From positions 1 through 40,163 of the forward strand of contig JBHLME010000031.1 in the NCBI GenBank assembly GCA_048938445.1: 40,163 nucleotides of DNA, written 5' to 3'. The notes under the pieces are model-generated. The model was not told where the DNA came from. It worked only from the letters and a program-made list of their open reading frames with translations, and ran no database searches. The stretch comes from Promethearchaeota archaeon. GTDB taxonomy: Archaea > Asgardarchaeota > Lokiarchaeia > Sigyniarchaeales > SOKP01. Both the position numbers and the translations under genes were made by a program. Position 1 is the first letter of the stretch; every line of letters begins with the position of its first letter. Shown piece by piece: positions 39,565-40,163 of this stretch.

Positions 39565-39948
39565 CTATAGCTTTCCATTCAATTTGTTCACATTATTTTT
39601 GAGAAAGGTTAAAACTTTTGATGGATCAGCGTTAGGCATAGCATATGAAACAAGTATTCCTCCTTGAAAAGGTGCAAATATAATATGTCCCATTCCCTTA
39701 TCGTTAGTTGCAATGACTCCTTCACTTGAAGATACAACGACTATAAATTCCGAATTGCTTAAAGTCAATGAGGATCCACCTTTAATAACATTCATTACTT
39801 CGTCCATTTGATTTTTTAAATCAAAATTTTCTGTCTGATAAACCAAATTTCCTGAATCAGACACGACTGCTATTCCAGCAATTTTTACATTACTCTCAAA
39901 TGCGTCTATTCCTAAATCCTCTACAATTTTTTTTATTTTATTGGTCAT
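39565..39948 (-). CDS. Asgard profilin-like protein
   Basis: 127 aa; GIAVVSDSGNLVYQTENF, IATNDKGMGHII, ILVSY follow the Lokiarchaeal profilin pattern as I recall it. Confidence 0.8.
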   Translation of the reverse strand: MTNKIKKIVEDLGIDAFESNVKIAGIAVVSDSGNLVYQTENFDLKNQMDEVMNVIKGGSSLTLSNSEFIVVVSSSEGVIATNDKGMGHIIFAPFQGGILVSYAMPNADPSKVLTFLKNNVNKLNGKL

Positions 39949-40163
39949 AAATTAAGTTTAGTGTATTTATTTATATAATTATGCTATTATGTTGAATATT
40001 ATAAAGCAAATTAGAGGGAAATGAAGCGTGTAAACTCCAAATTATTTGATATTCTAGAAGAGATAGAAATAAATGATAATTAAACTTATTTCTTTTCAAA
40101 ATGCATTTTATTTTTCTTTTCCATTATTTTCATATATGTATCGAGGGTATTTTCTGGTGGTAT

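Overview
AT-rich (roughly 30% GC by eye) archaeal chromosomal window, very probably from an Asgard archaeon (Lokiarchaeia-like). This rests on a profilin, two roadblock/LC7 proteins, an Rpn11/CSN5-like JAMM-TPR protein, a membrane-anchored longin-like protein, RadA and GGTGA-type Shine-Dalgarno sites. About 33 protein genes are present; I saw no rRNA, tRNA, CRISPR or mobile element. The main finding, missed by the ORF track, is two tandem paralogous ~118-aa minus-strand genes (15887-15528 and 15240-14887) just upstream of aconitase. Each has an in-frame TGA at the same aligned position in a U-x4-C motif. Each is also followed in its 3' UTR by a eukaryote-type SECIS-like hairpin (AUGA-stem-A-rich loop-stem-GA) with compensatory base changes. 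Together these indicate a probable HesB-like selenoprotein pair decoded through 3'-UTR SECIS elements. Other oddities: an FAD oxidoreductase whose Rossmann motif has no canonical start codon, a radical SAM gene with a TGA three codons before its expected end, RadA with an N-terminal zinc finger, a receptor-like longin fusion, and an unusual RHH-DHp-receiver regulator. All family calls come from motif recognition, not database searches.
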